A DNA stretch of 64,000 nucleotides from a virus (IMGVR_UViG_3300044647_001784:1-64000), one strand, 5' to 3'; numbered from the stretch's first letter, positions 47,690 through 57,158 are shown. Program-made: numbers and translations. Notes: generated from the letters alone by a model not told the origin.

Positions 47690-47709
47690 TTTTTTATTAT
47701 ACCACCTAT

Positions 47710-48360
47710 TTACTTAATATATACATGTGCTGGGCTCATGTATCTTGTCCCAGAAGTGATTGGCATAACTTCATGTACATAAGGCTGCTGTGATGGGAAC
47801 ATAATTAGACTTCCAGCCTTTGGCTTAATTGTAATGTTTTGATTAGGAAAATGAATTTCTCCGCCTTCATAATCGTCATTTACATAGGCTACCAAAGAAA
47901 ATGCTAGAGTTGAATCTCCATCTTGCCCATCAAAATGTGGGCCCATGGACTGGCCCTGGTTCCACTTTTTAATTGGAACTTGGTTTAGCTCTAAATTATA
48001 TCTATTTTTATCCAGGTTATTTCCAGCTAAATATCTATCGGAACACATTTCAAATGCCATCAAAAAGCTATTTGCTATGTAAAGAGTTTTTTTATCAATT
48101 GCATCAGACCCAGTAGATTTTTTTAGATTAGATGAAAATATATTTTTTGTAGCCCCGTACACTATAGATTCATTATCGCTTGCTGTCCAGTTTTCCCACT
48201 TTGAAATTCTACTAAATGATGATGGCTCTAAATCTATCTCTTCTATAAAGTCCTTTAAGTACTCTGGAAAACTAAGTGCATTCTCCCAGTACCATATATT
48301 TTTTTCTACAATCTGCAAATTAAACATTGTAAATTGCTTGAATATTGGCTCGCCTTCCAT
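47710..48360 (-). CDS. 2OG-Fe(II) oxygenase, P4H-like
   Basis: MGPHFD, YVNDDYEGGEI, YVHEV, GTRYMS. Confidence 0.9.
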   Translation of the reverse strand: MEGEPIFKQFTMFNLQIVEKNIWYWENALSFPEYLKDFIEEIDLEPSSFSRISKWENWTASDNESIVYGATKNIFSSNLKKSTGSDAIDKKTLYIANSFLMAFEMCSDRYLAGNNLDKNRYNLELNQVPIKKWNQGQSMGPHFDGQDGDSTLAFSLVAYVNDDYEGGEIHFPNQNITIKPKAGSLIMFPSQQPYVHEVMPITSGTRYMSPAHVYIK

Positions 48361-48361
48361 A

Positions 48362-49114
48362 TTAGCCCTCTACTTCTGATGCTGGATAAACTTCTCCACG
48401 TGGAGTTATTCTTAAACCTTTATTTCTATAGTCTTCCCATTCAATGGCTTCATCTGCCTGCATTGCTCTAACTTTAGCAAGCTCTTCAGCCCAGGCATCT
48501 CTAACCTCTTGTGGGTAGTCACTCTCTTCTCTGTCATCCCAGAATGAGCCAAGTGTGTACCTGATTGATTTCTTAACTGTAGTAACTTCGTGCATATTGT
48601 GGAATCCTCCAGCAAAAGTGACTAAGGTTCCAGTTTTCGGAACAATTGTAAGCCCATGCTTAAAGTTTAAAACTCCATCTTCAAAGTCATCATTTAAATA
48701 AAGAAATGTTGCATATCTGCTTCTAGTAAATGCTCCTGAAACTCCATCATTAGATGTATTGTCAGAATGCATATTGGCAAAAGCTCCTGGGGCCCATCTT
48801 TGAGAATGCCAGCTAATTTGTGACATTTGTGCAGGATCTTTTCCAGCCATATCTGCTGTAACGTCAACTACTCTTTGTTTTAGAACTTGAAAAAAATCTC
48901 CTGGGAGCCCATTAGCAATTGTATCTGGATCATTTAGCTCTGGAGTTCCTGATGAGTATGACTCATAGAATGAAATTGGCATCCATCTTAATTGATCTTT
49001 TTCCATTTTAATTGCCAAAACTTTAATTATTGCTTGACATTCTTCTGGAGTAAGAAAGTTTTCATACTCAACTATATCCTCTTTATGTCTTTTAACAATC
49101 ATATTTCTTTCCAT
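48362..49114 (-). CDS. 2OG-Fe(II) oxygenase, P4H-like
   Basis: MHSDN, LYLNDDFEDG, MHEV, IRYTLGSFW. Confidence 0.9.
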   Translation of the reverse strand: MERNMIVKRHKEDIVEYENFLTPEECQAIIKVLAIKMEKDQLRWMPISFYESYSSGTPELNDPDTIANGLPGDFFQVLKQRVVDVTADMAGKDPAQMSQISWHSQRWAPGAFANMHSDNTSNDGVSGAFTRSRYATFLYLNDDFEDGVLNFKHGLTIVPKTGTLVTFAGGFHNMHEVTTVKKSIRYTLGSFWDDREESDYPQEVRDAWAEELAKVRAMQADEAIEWEDYRNKGLRITPRGEVYPASEVEG

Positions 49115-49932
49115 TAGTACATTTCTCCATCTTCTGTTGGATTGTAAACCTCATACGGAACCTGAACTCCATCTTTAAAATAAATCATATTTCTTTTGTT
49201 TTCGTAATTAGTTCTTTCCATTTCCATCTTAGCCCATCTAAATGCACCAAATTTTCTTTGGTTGGCAAGCCACTCCTCTGTTCCGTTATGAGGAACCATT
49301 ATAAAGTTTCTTACAAAAAACTTCTCATTGGTGTTAATTGTTTTAACGCCATGGTAGTATGGCTCAGTAGAAGGGAATACTAAAATATCTCCTGCAGCTG
49401 GCTTATGGTTTATAAACTTGCCGTCTACGTAAAATTCTATGTCTCCGCCGTCATAATCATCATTGATATACATAGTACATGTAAGGTAAAATTTGCTTCC
49501 AGGCATATCTTTTTCTGAAGTAATATGGTCTGTATGATACTGCATTGTCATCTTATTTGATAGAGTATCTATTTTAGCGTTATACTTTGAGTAAGAACAT
49601 CCACTAAAATGCCAGCCTTCTGGAAGATCAACACCATGTCTTTCTACATAGTCTAAAAGAACTTTATTATAAGCTGCCTCTACTTCTTCAACAAACTTTT
49701 TCTCTTTGATAAACATTTCGTCAGACAAAACTTCTGTAGAAACTTCTCGCATGTCTTTCTTTTGTGTGTATGTGCCAAAATGTGCCCAAGGATCCCACGT
49801 CTTCAAAAAGTACTTCCCATCTGATGTTTTTTCAGACTCATTCATTGTTTGATACAGTTCTTGTGGATTAGATAGAACGTTTCTGTAGACATCAATTTTA
49901 GGATGTAGCTCTATGTACTCTAAATTACTCAT
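49114..49932 (-). CDS. 2OG-Fe(II) oxygenase, P4H-like
   Basis: MQYHTD, YINDDYDGGDI, PSTEPYYHGVK. Likely start MSNLEY at 49932. Confidence 0.88.
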   Translation of the reverse strand: MSNLEYIELHPKIDVYRNVLSNPQELYQTMNESEKTSDGKYFLKTWDPWAHFGTYTQKKDMREVSTEVLSDEMFIKEKKFVEEVEAAYNKVLLDYVERHGVDLPEGWHFSGCSYSKYNAKIDTLSNKMTMQYHTDHITSEKDMPGSKFYLTCTMYINDDYDGGDIEFYVDGKFINHKPAAGDILVFPSTEPYYHGVKTINTNEKFFVRNFIMVPHNGTEEWLANQRKFGAFRWAKMEMERTNYENKRNMIYFKDGVQVPYEVYNPTEDGEMY

Positions 49933-50603
49933 GGCTGTTTTTCTCCTGTATGTTTTCTTATCGTCCAAAAAAATGGCGAAGTAAATCTATTTCCAGATTT
50001 TACTGGTCTTACCCCGTGAGTATAATTCATATCTCCTGGGAAAAAATATGCTGCTCCAGCAACAGGCTGGAACTCAATTCCATGTTGTGGGAAGTAAAGC
50101 TCTCCACCTTCATAATCATCGTTAAAGTAAAACAGTCCAGCTAAATCGTACCATGGGAAATTATTTGGTCTACCTTTTTCTGGGCCAGAGTGAAATTCTT
50201 TGTCTGCATGAGGCTCTTGTCTTGCACCTACTGGCCAGCGAACAATAGCTGGACCAGTTTCTTGTGCATCTACGCTAAAAAATTTATCTACTTCTATTTT
50301 TAATCTTGCTATCATGCTATAGATTAAATCTAATATTTCTGGATCAGAAGCCATAAGAGATGCATAGGTACAAACTCTATCTTCCCATACTGTGTGATCA
50401 TATAGCACAAGGCCGTCTGCATCTCTGCGTGTTTCAGTTATATCCCAAATTTTATTATTTTTTGCAAAGTCCATGAGTCTTTTTCTCTCATCTTCTGATA
50501 AGAAATTTCTTAGCTCTACAATGTTGTCTGAAGAGTTGCCAAAAAAACCAGAAGGTGTAATAGATTTAGGTGCATTGTTTTCCCAGTTATCTGCTAATTT
50601 CAT
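49929..50603 (-). CDS. 2OG-Fe(II) oxygenase, P4H-like
   Basis: PHADK, YFNDDYEGGEL, YTHGV, NRFTSPFFW. Likely start MKLADN at 50603 (GGAG RBS). Confidence 0.9.
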   Translation of the reverse strand: MKLADNWENNAPKSITPSGFFGNSSDNIVELRNFLSEDERKRLMDFAKNNKIWDITETRRDADGLVLYDHTVWEDRVCTYASLMASDPEILDLIYSMIARLKIEVDKFFSVDAQETGPAIVRWPVGARQEPHADKEFHSGPEKGRPNNFPWYDLAGLFYFNDDYEGGELYFPQHGIEFQPVAGAAYFFPGDMNYTHGVRPVKSGNRFTSPFFWTIRKHTGEKQP

Positions 50604-51333
50604 CTTTATCTCCATAATTAATTATATCATTGCTTACCTTAAGCCTTATTGATTTTACCTGGTGAGAGCCTATTTTTCTCTTTAAATGATCAACTGCATC
50701 CCTATAAAAATTTGACCAATCTCCAGAATTATTTAACCCTTTTATTGTTTCCCTGTATTCATTTGGGTCAAATACATCATTGTATGGATTTTGGGGAAAT
50801 TTTGAAATATCCTGAAAAACCATTTCAGAATTATTTAATGAGCTTAAATCTATTGGTAGTACTGCTACTACTGGGGTTCCTGCCTTAATGGTTATTACTT
50901 CATTTGGCTTTGTTATCATCCAGGCAATAGGGAGTGGGCCAGTAAAAAAAGAACTACTCATAATTGTAGTAAACGGAACTGCACCATCAATAAATAAATT
51001 TGGAACTGGCATTGAAAGCAAGCTTAAGTTTGTATCTGTTTTAAAAACTAATCCGCTATTAAAACTAATAGTTCCATTTGCTCTTCCAGAATATGCATAT
51101 TTTTGTCCAGACAATATTTTTACGTGATCTGGGCTGCTATCAGAAATTCCATCCCATATAAAAGATATGTCTTCTGGAAAAGATATTCCCCAGCCAAGCT
51201 GGTTACTTAAACTAACTGGAAAGCATTTGTATGCATGAGATTCAAATGTGTTGTCCATCCACTCTCTTTTTGCAGATAATGGCTCAAGTATACCAAGTCC
51301 TTCTTTAGTTATAAATACTTCTATTTTATCCAT
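50587..51333 (-). CDS. DUF6065-like protein
   Basis: KREWMD...HAYKCFPVSLSNQLGWGI...AGTPV...PI...FYRDAVD. Confidence 0.7.
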   Translation of the reverse strand: MDKIEVFITKEGLGILEPLSAKREWMDNTFESHAYKCFPVSLSNQLGWGISFPEDISFIWDGISDSSPDHVKILSGQKYAYSGRANGTISFNSGLVFKTDTNLSLLSMPVPNLFIDGAVPFTTIMSSSFFTGPLPIAWMITKPNEVITIKAGTPVVAVLPIDLSSLNNSEMVFQDISKFPQNPYNDVFDPNEYRETIKGLNNSGDWSNFYRDAVDHLKRKIGSHQVKSIRLKVSNDIINYGDKDEISR

Positions 51334-52030
51334 TTTGGTTTTTGCCAGTTGACAAATCTTCTTCTACCCATTTTGACCTCATTTGCATAAACTCTTGTCT
51401 ATGAGCATGGTCATTGTAATCTAACATGGTTACTATTGAAAATTTCATTCCAGATTCAACTGGCATGGCTCTATGTGAAAATAAATATGTAGATGGGAAT
51501 ATATATAGGTCTCCAGCTTTAGGCTTAATGTCTAAGTTTAATTTAGGAAAATATAGGTTCCCTCCCTCATAGTCATCGTTTACATAAGCTACAAGAGATA
51601 CTGTGGCGCTGTATGAAAACCCATGATCAGCATGCTCTTGAAAATGCTGTCCTTTGCCATATCTAATACAATTCATTACTTCCCAGTAATTCATTTTTAC
51701 GTTATACATATTACAATAATCTTCTACTGCTGGTAACTGATGCTGCTTTAAATCCTGCCATAAATCTGAAACCAATGATTGTGTTTTAGATTGTGGATTA
51801 GATATTTCTCCTACCTTAATATCTTCACAATCTCTGTAAGATGGTCTTTTTTCGCTATAACCAACAAATCCAAATGTCCATTCATATCTAGACTCTTTGT
51901 CTTCAATTGCAGACTGACCTATTACATTTAACCTATTTATTACGTCAATTTCTTTTTTAATTACATCTCTATACACCCAAACTCCTGGGAAAAGCTGTTC
52001 TTTAGAAGAAAAATTATATATGTTATTCAT
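51326..52030 (-). CDS. 2OG-Fe(II) oxygenase, P4H-like
   Basis: FQEHADH, YVNDDYEGGNL, FPSTYLFSHRA, KFSIV. Confidence 0.9.
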   Translation of the reverse strand: MNNIYNFSSKEQLFPGVWVYRDVIKKEIDVINRLNVIGQSAIEDKESRYEWTFGFVGYSEKRPSYRDCEDIKVGEISNPQSKTQSLVSDLWQDLKQHQLPAVEDYCNMYNVKMNYWEVMNCIRYGKGQHFQEHADHGFSYSATVSLVAYVNDDYEGGNLYFPKLNLDIKPKAGDLYIFPSTYLFSHRAMPVESGMKFSIVTMLDYNDHAHRQEFMQMRSKWVEEDLSTGKNQNG

Positions 52031-52037
52031 ACTATGA

Positions 52038-52067
52038 AGTATAGCATTTTTTAATTAGTAAAGTCAA
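52038..52067 (-). promoter_or_regulatory. Leaderless promoter of the oxygenase operon
   Basis: TTGACT-18nt-TATACT (extended TG), then 7 nt to the ATG at 52030. Confidence 0.75.
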
Positions 52068-52101
52068 TAAAGGACGGGAGATTTCTCTCCCGTCCTTTAT
52101 T
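52066..52101 (-). terminator. Rho-independent terminator after FFAPP-repeat gene 1
   Basis: AATAAAGGACGGGAGA-TTTC-TCTCCCGTCCTTTATT. Confidence 0.85.
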
Positions 52102-52112
52102 TGTGTTTTATA

Positions 52113-52946
52113 TTAAACTGCAAAGACTCCTGGTGCTCCGAATCCTGGCGGTGAGAAGAATCCTGGCGGTGCGAAGAATGCTGGCGGTGCGAAGAATCCT
52201 GGCGGTGCGAAGAATGCTGGCGGTGCGAAGAATCCTGGCGGTGCGAAGAATCCTGGCGGTGCGAAGAATCCTGGCGGTGCGAAGAAACTTGGCGGTGCGA
52301 AGAATGCTGGAGGGAAGAATGGTGGTGCAAAGAATGACGGTGCTAATGTCGTAACAGTATTTGTGTTATTTGATGCTGCTGATCTTCCATTAGCATTATC
52401 TGCATAAACATTGTAGTACTGAGATGTACTAGCTGTATCTGATATTGATATAGATAAGTTAGTTGTATTTCCAGTTGTTCCATCATTACCTTGAACAAAG
52501 TAGTTGGTTATTGGCTTTCCACCTGTTGCAGGTGCTCCCCAGCTAACCGTATTTGCATTAACTCCAGCAGTTGCAGATGCGCTTGTTGGTGCAGCTGGCT
52601 TTGTTGTTGCTGTTGCTGATGCTGAATTAGAATCTGCTGATGTTCCATAAAGGTCAACTGCTTTTACTGTATAAGAGTAAGAAGTTCCACCAACTAGTCC
52701 AGTATTAGAGAAGGTAGTAGTAGGAGCACTTACTGTTCCTACCTCTACTCCACTTCTAAATATTTTGTATTGAGTTGGTGCATTTCCTGTTGCTGGTGCT
52801 GTCCATGACAGATTAATCATTCCATCGTTAAAGTTTCGTTGGTTATTAACGCCGTTCAAATGATCTGCTGCGGTTAGCCCAGTTGGTGCATTTGGGCCAA
52901 TGAAGTTGTCTTGAGCTGATGCTCTTCTGCCTATATTTTTTGACAT
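52113..52946 (-). CDS. Two-FN3-domain protein with C-terminal (G/A/S)FFAPP repeats
   Basis: PNAPTGL...LSWTAP...YKIFR...YSYTVKAV; PAAP...VSWGAP...GRSAAS; about 11 FFxPP units. Confidence 0.85.
   Translation of the reverse strand: MSKNIGRRASAQDNFIGPNAPTGLTAADHLNGVNNQRNFNDGMINLSWTAPATGNAPTQYKIFRSGVEVGTVSAPTTTFSNTGLVGGTSYSYTVKAVDLYGTSADSNSASATATTKPAAPTSASATAGVNANTVSWGAPATGGKPITNYFVQGNDGTTGNTTNLSISISDTASTSQYYNVYADNANGRSAASNNTNTVTTLAPSFFAPPFFPPAFFAPPSFFAPPGFFAPPGFFAPPGFFAPPAFFAPPGFFAPPAFFAPPGFFSPPGFGAPGVFAV
52125..52340 (-). repeat. 18-bp coding tandem repeat (xFFAPP)n
   Basis: Plus-strand unit GAAGAATCCTGGCGGTGC and variants, about 10 copies. Confidence 0.95.
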
Positions 52947-52966
52947 TTTATTCTCCTATTCCCCAA

Positions 52967-55258
52967 TTATGCTTTCAAGTCTCCAGCAAGTAACCATGTA
53001 TCTGTTGCTACCTTGGTTATTGTTGCTGATGAATATAATGCTCTTAGCTTTAGTCCTGGAGTTCTCAATATTGTAACTCCAGATGCTTCTGCAAATACTG
53101 CGTCTGCTCCAGCTGACTGGTAGAAGCTTATTGAAGTTCCTATTGGATAAGCTGTAGTTGCATTTGTAGGAACTGTAATTGTGTGTGCTCCAGAAACTGG
53201 AATTAACTGATCTCTTAGCGCTAATCCACCTGTTGATAGATTGTATGCTCCAGCAATTGCTGTTCCAATTACAGTCCGTGAAGGAACGCCTTCCTTTGTC
53301 TGAGTTCCATCTGTAAACGCTACACCTGCTGCTGCAACCGTTACTGTTCCAGTAAATGTTGGTGAAGCAATTGGTGCTTTAGATGCAAGACTGGTAGTGA
53401 CTGTTGTTGCAAAGTTTGCATCGTCACCTAGTGCTGCAGCAAGCTCATCAAGGGTGTTAAGGGCTGCTGGGGCTGCTGCAATTACTGCATTTACCTGAGC
53501 TGTTGCATCTGCAATTGCTTCTGACTTAGCAGTTGCTATTGCTGAAGCCTGTGCTGTGGATACTGGCTTTGATGCATCTGATGTATTATCAACATTTGCA
53601 AGGCCTACTGAAGACTTTGTAAGTGCTGCTACTGCATTTGCAACCTTTGTGTCTGCTGCTAATCCTGCTGCTGTAATTGCATCTGCTTCTGCAGTGTCTG
53701 CATAAGACTTTGTTGCAAGAAGTGCTGTATCTGCAATTCCATGAACATCAGTTGTATCTGATGCGTGATTTGAAAGAGCTGTTGCAGCTGATCCAAACTG
53801 TGTTTGAATTGAAGATGTAACTCCATTTAGGTAAGTTATTTCTGTTGAATCAACATTACCTATGGTTGTTGACTCTGGCAAAACAACTAGACCTGCAAAT
53901 GTTGGTCCACTTAGTGGTGCTTTGGCATCTAGTGCGTCTCCTAGTCCAGCAATCTTGGACTGTGCAATTTCTGCACCGTCAACAATTTTTGCATTTGTAA
54001 TAGACTGAGCAGCAATCTTAGATTCTGTAACTGCATTGTTTGCAATTTTTGTTTCTGTTATGGCACCGTCTGCGATTTTACCATTAACTACTGCATTGTC
54101 TTGAATTTTTTCGCTAGTTACTGAATCAACAGCTAACTTTACATCAGTTACAGAGCCAGTTGCAATTTTGTCAGTTGAGATAGAACTATCTGCAACTTTA
54201 TCGTTTGTTACTGAGTTGGTTGCCAATTTTTGTTCTGTTACAGAGCTATTTGCAATTTTTTGTGTTACCACAGCGTTTGCTGCAAGCTTTTCTTCTGTTA
54301 CTCCTTGACTTTCAATTTTATCAGTTGTAACTGCACCGTTTGCAATTGAAGCAGATATAATTGATGAGACTGGAACATCAAGTGTTCCAGTAAATTCTGC
54401 GTTATTTATTGTTGCGCTAGATGTTGCTTCCAATCTTCCAAGGGCTAGTGTGTCTAAGGATCCTTGAGCAAAATTAACTACAGTGGTTGGAGTATCTGTA
54501 ACTCCTTTGAAAAGCTTCCACTTGTCTGCTGATGCATCACGAACTAGTCCAGTGTGGTTTGCTACTCCAGTGTTATGGTTAGCAACAAATCCTAAGTCTA
54601 AAATGTTTGTTGTATTGTCTTTTCCAATTGATAGAAGTGCATCTTCAAAAGCAACATTTTGGGTATCAATAGTTGTGGTTGTTCCGCTTACAATTAAGCT
54701 ACCATTAATAACTACGTTTTGAGCTGTTAGATCTCCCTCTGTTGAAATATGTGTTGTTAGGCCTGTTAGTTTTAGTTGAGCTTCTGGAACTTTAACGTTT
54801 CCATCAAGTGAAGCAACTCCGTTTGCTATGCCTCTGTCACCTGTCTCTAGGTATCCTGACAATGAGCTATTTACTCCATTTACAGCAGCATCTGTGTAAC
54901 CTTCTGCTGCTGAAATAGCTGCTTCTCTAGCTGCTGATGCTTCTGATGTTGCAAACGCTTTTGTAGAAATAACATTTGTATCTACAGTTATTGTTATTGT
55001 GTTTGATCCATCATTATAGGTCTTTGTAAGACCTGCTCCCATTGAAAGAGCCTGATCTATAGCATCTTGTGAAATTTCACCAATTGCTGCTGTGTCGGCT
55101 GCTGCATATGAAAGAGCGGTCCATGTAGATGAACCATTACCGAATTTAAATTTATTAGTGTTTGTTTCAACACCCATTTCACCTGCAGCTAATACTGGAT
55201 TTGCTGCGGTCCATTCTGAAGATAAACCTCTACGTACTTGAATTCTTACTGTTGACAT
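52967..55258 (-). CDS. Fibre-like protein with Mtd-N/hyaluronidase-type N-terminus and 10-aa repeats
   Basis: IQVRRG...EWTAANPVLAAGEMGVETNTNKFKFGNG; IAxxAVTxxK repeats; C-terminal DTWLLAGDL. Confidence 0.75.
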   Translation of the reverse strand: MSTVRIQVRRGLSSEWTAANPVLAAGEMGVETNTNKFKFGNGSSTWTALSYAAADTAAIGEISQDAIDQALSMGAGLTKTYNDGSNTITITVDTNVISTKAFATSEASAAREAAISAAEGYTDAAVNGVNSSLSGYLETGDRGIANGVASLDGNVKVPEAQLKLTGLTTHISTEGDLTAQNVVINGSLIVSGTTTTIDTQNVAFEDALLSIGKDNTTNILDLGFVANHNTGVANHTGLVRDASADKWKLFKGVTDTPTTVVNFAQGSLDTLALGRLEATSSATINNAEFTGTLDVPVSSIISASIANGAVTTDKIESQGVTEEKLAANAVVTQKIANSSVTEQKLATNSVTNDKVADSSISTDKIATGSVTDVKLAVDSVTSEKIQDNAVVNGKIADGAITETKIANNAVTESKIAAQSITNAKIVDGAEIAQSKIAGLGDALDAKAPLSGPTFAGLVVLPESTTIGNVDSTEITYLNGVTSSIQTQFGSAATALSNHASDTTDVHGIADTALLATKSYADTAEADAITAAGLAADTKVANAVAALTKSSVGLANVDNTSDASKPVSTAQASAIATAKSEAIADATAQVNAVIAAAPAALNTLDELAAALGDDANFATTVTTSLASKAPIASPTFTGTVTVAAAGVAFTDGTQTKEGVPSRTVIGTAIAGAYNLSTGGLALRDQLIPVSGAHTITVPTNATTAYPIGTSISFYQSAGADAVFAEASGVTILRTPGLKLRALYSSATITKVATDTWLLAGDLKA
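53950..54345 (-). repeat. 10-residue protein repeat (I/L)AxxSVTxxK, about 13 copies
   Basis: IANGAVTTDK IESQGVTEEK LAANAVVTQK IANSSVTEQK ... Confidence 0.85.
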
Positions 55259-55319
55259 TATGCCACCCCTTTAATTTGATATATTGAAATTATAGCATTA
55301 AAACGATTATACTTGAGCA

Positions 55320-55682
55320 TCATGCTACTAACGCTCCTGAATCAAAAGTTATTCCGAATTCAGATGTTGATGGCTCTCCGCCAGATATGAACTTGTTTGT
55401 TCCTGTTGGAGTTACACCGTTTGCCTGAATTATATATGTTGGTTGACCATCGTAATCAATAGCCAATCCTACGTCCATAAATGTAAGCATGTTAGCTTCA
55501 TTTGGAATCTCTGAATATAAAGCAATAGGCTGCCAAGTTCCATCTATCTGAACCTTGAGCCTATTTGTTGTTGTATCAAAAGATATTGGGGCTGACCCTA
55601 AAACTATGTCTGTGTCAAACGTCGCAGTGCCTGCTACATTTAACCCGTTCTTTACTCTAAAATTTTTATTTACTGTTGCCAT
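55320..55682 (-). CDS. Small virion-type protein
   Basis: N-terminus MATVNKNFRVKNGL is shared with 55752..57158. Confidence 0.7.
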   Translation of the reverse strand: MATVNKNFRVKNGLNVAGTATFDTDIVLGSAPISFDTTTNRLKVQIDGTWQPIALYSEIPNEANMLTFMDVGLAIDYDGQPTYIIQANGVTPTGTNKFISGGEPSTSEFGITFDSGALVA

Positions 55683-55712
55683 TTAAGTTCACATATCCCC
55701 TAATTGTTATTG

Positions 55713-55737
55713 TGGGGGATTTTTAAGGAATCCCCCA
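55713..55737 (-). terminator. Stem-loop after the Ala-rich fibre gene
   Basis: TGGGGGATT-7nt-AATCCCCCA; no clear minus-strand U-tract. Confidence 0.6.
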
Positions 55738-55751
55738 AAACCTTTATTTAA

Positions 55752-57158
55752 TTATTTAAGAAGTGTTCCAGTTACTTTGATTGTTGAATCATTTACTGGA
55801 TCTACTCTTAGCTGAACATTTGCACCAGATACTGATGCTGTAATTGTGCCTCGTGCTCCATTAGTTCCAACGATTGCATACTCTGTAATTGCTACGTTGT
55901 CTGATGAATCTAGAGTTACTAGAATTTCTGATATTTCGTTGTGTGTTCCGTTGTCAATCTTAACAACAAACTTTCCTGAGCGGTAAGCCGCCTTTGGCCA
56001 CTCGTATGCAGTTACAACAACTGATCCAAGTGATGTTGATGATGCTGCAATTTGCTTAGCCTCATCATTAATGTTTAATGCTGTGAATGCTGTAGTTCCA
56101 TCTTGCTGTGCTGTATTAGCTGCTGCTGCTGTTGCTTCTGCTGCTGCTTGAGCGTCGTTAGCCTTAGATGTTGCATCTGCTGATGCAGTAGCTTCTGCTG
56201 CTGCTTGGGCTGCGTTAGCCTTAGATGTTGCATCTGCTGATGCTGTGGCTTCTGCTGCAGCCTGTGCTGCGTTAGCCTTAGATGTTGCATCTGCTGATGC
56301 TGTGGCTTCTGCTGCAGCCTGTGCTGCGTTAGCCTTAGATGTAGCGTCTGCTGATGCATTTGAAGCGGCAGTTGCAAGACTTGCAGTTACATCTGCTGAA
56401 TTAGCCTTTGTTGCTAATGCTGATGTAAGAGTTGTTGTGTAATTAGCGTCGTCATTTATTGCTGCTGCCAATTCATTTAATGTGTTAAGAAGAGCTGGTG
56501 CTCCATCTACTAATGAATCTACTGCATTTGAAATTGCTGTATTGCGGTTTGAAACCTCTGTTGATATTGCAGATGAAAGAGCTGATGCTGCAGTTGCTTC
56601 TGCTGCTGCTTGAGCGGCGTTAGCTTTTGTAGTAGCATCTGCTGCTGCTGCAGAGATTGCTGCAGACTGTGCTGCATTGGCCTTTGATGTTGCATCTGCT
56701 GATGCTGTAGCTTCTGCTGCTGCTTGAGCGGCGTTAGCCTTAGATGTTGCATCTGCTGCTGCAGTTGAAACTGAAGCTGCATCGCCTGATACTCTAAGTG
56801 CTGCTTCTGCGGCTACCTTAGTTGTAGCATCAGTTGCTGCTGCTGTAATTGCAGCTGACTGTGCATTTGAAGCTTTTGTGCTTGCATCAGTTGCTGCTGC
56901 AGAAATTGCTGCTGCTTCAGCTGCTGAAGCGGAACCGTATGAGTCAAATGTATTAGCATTTACTGTAAGGTTACCTGAACCATCTACAGAAAATACTCCT
57001 GTATCTACTGACTTTACAAGTGTAGCTCCACCAACGAGGTTGAGAATATAGGAATCTCCACCTGTTTCTGTAAGTATATTTTGACCACCGATTGTACCTG
57101 TGTTACCTTCTACAATGAGGCCTGATTTAATTCTAAAGTTTTTTACTACTGTTGCCAT
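55752..57158 (-). CDS. Ala-rich coiled-coil fibre-like protein
   Basis: 19-aa ADATSKANAAQAAAEATAS repeats, APALLNTLNELA motif and a beta-rich C-terminal domain. Confidence 0.75.
   Translation of the reverse strand: MATVVKNFRIKSGLIVEGNTGTIGGQNILTETGGDSYILNLVGGATLVKSVDTGVFSVDGSGNLTVNANTFDSYGSASAAEAAAISAAATDASTKASNAQSAAITAAATDATTKVAAEAALRVSGDAASVSTAAADATSKANAAQAAAEATASADATSKANAAQSAAISAAAADATTKANAAQAAAEATAASALSSAISTEVSNRNTAISNAVDSLVDGAPALLNTLNELAAAINDDANYTTTLTSALATKANSADVTASLATAASNASADATSKANAAQAAAEATASADATSKANAAQAAAEATASADATSKANAAQAAAEATASADATSKANDAQAAAEATAAAANTAQQDGTTAFTALNINDEAKQIAASSTSLGSVVVTAYEWPKAAYRSGKFVVKIDNGTHNEISEILVTLDSSDNVAITEYAIVGTNGARGTITASVSGANVQLRVDPVNDSTIKVTGTLLK
56130..56790 (-). 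repeat. 57-bp coding repeats (19 aa) in two clusters
   Basis: Near-identical GTTAGCCTTAGATGTTGCATCTGCTGATGC... units at 57-nt spacing (56130-56360), with a second cluster at ~56590-56790. Confidence 0.9.

Noticed and set aside
47710-52030. Oxygenases as TET/JBP or AlkB DNA-modifying enzymes
   Set aside because: Motifs are P4H-like and the context is structural; no methyltransferase or nucleotide-modification genes are adjacent. Not formally excluded.
52125-52340. 18-bp tandem repeat as a CRISPR array
   Set aside because: There are no spacers; units are contiguous, in frame, and encode xFFAPP.
52097-52354. Alternative-frame ORFs (SSHRQD)n and (RRILAV)n, also 58101..58334
   Set aside because: These are shadows of the stop-free FAPP repeats. 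The FAPP frame is continuous with the FN3/Ig domains and shows synonymous-only variation.
56075-56782. Gln-rich alternative-frame ORFs
   Set aside because: Frame shadows of GCA-rich Ala repeats.
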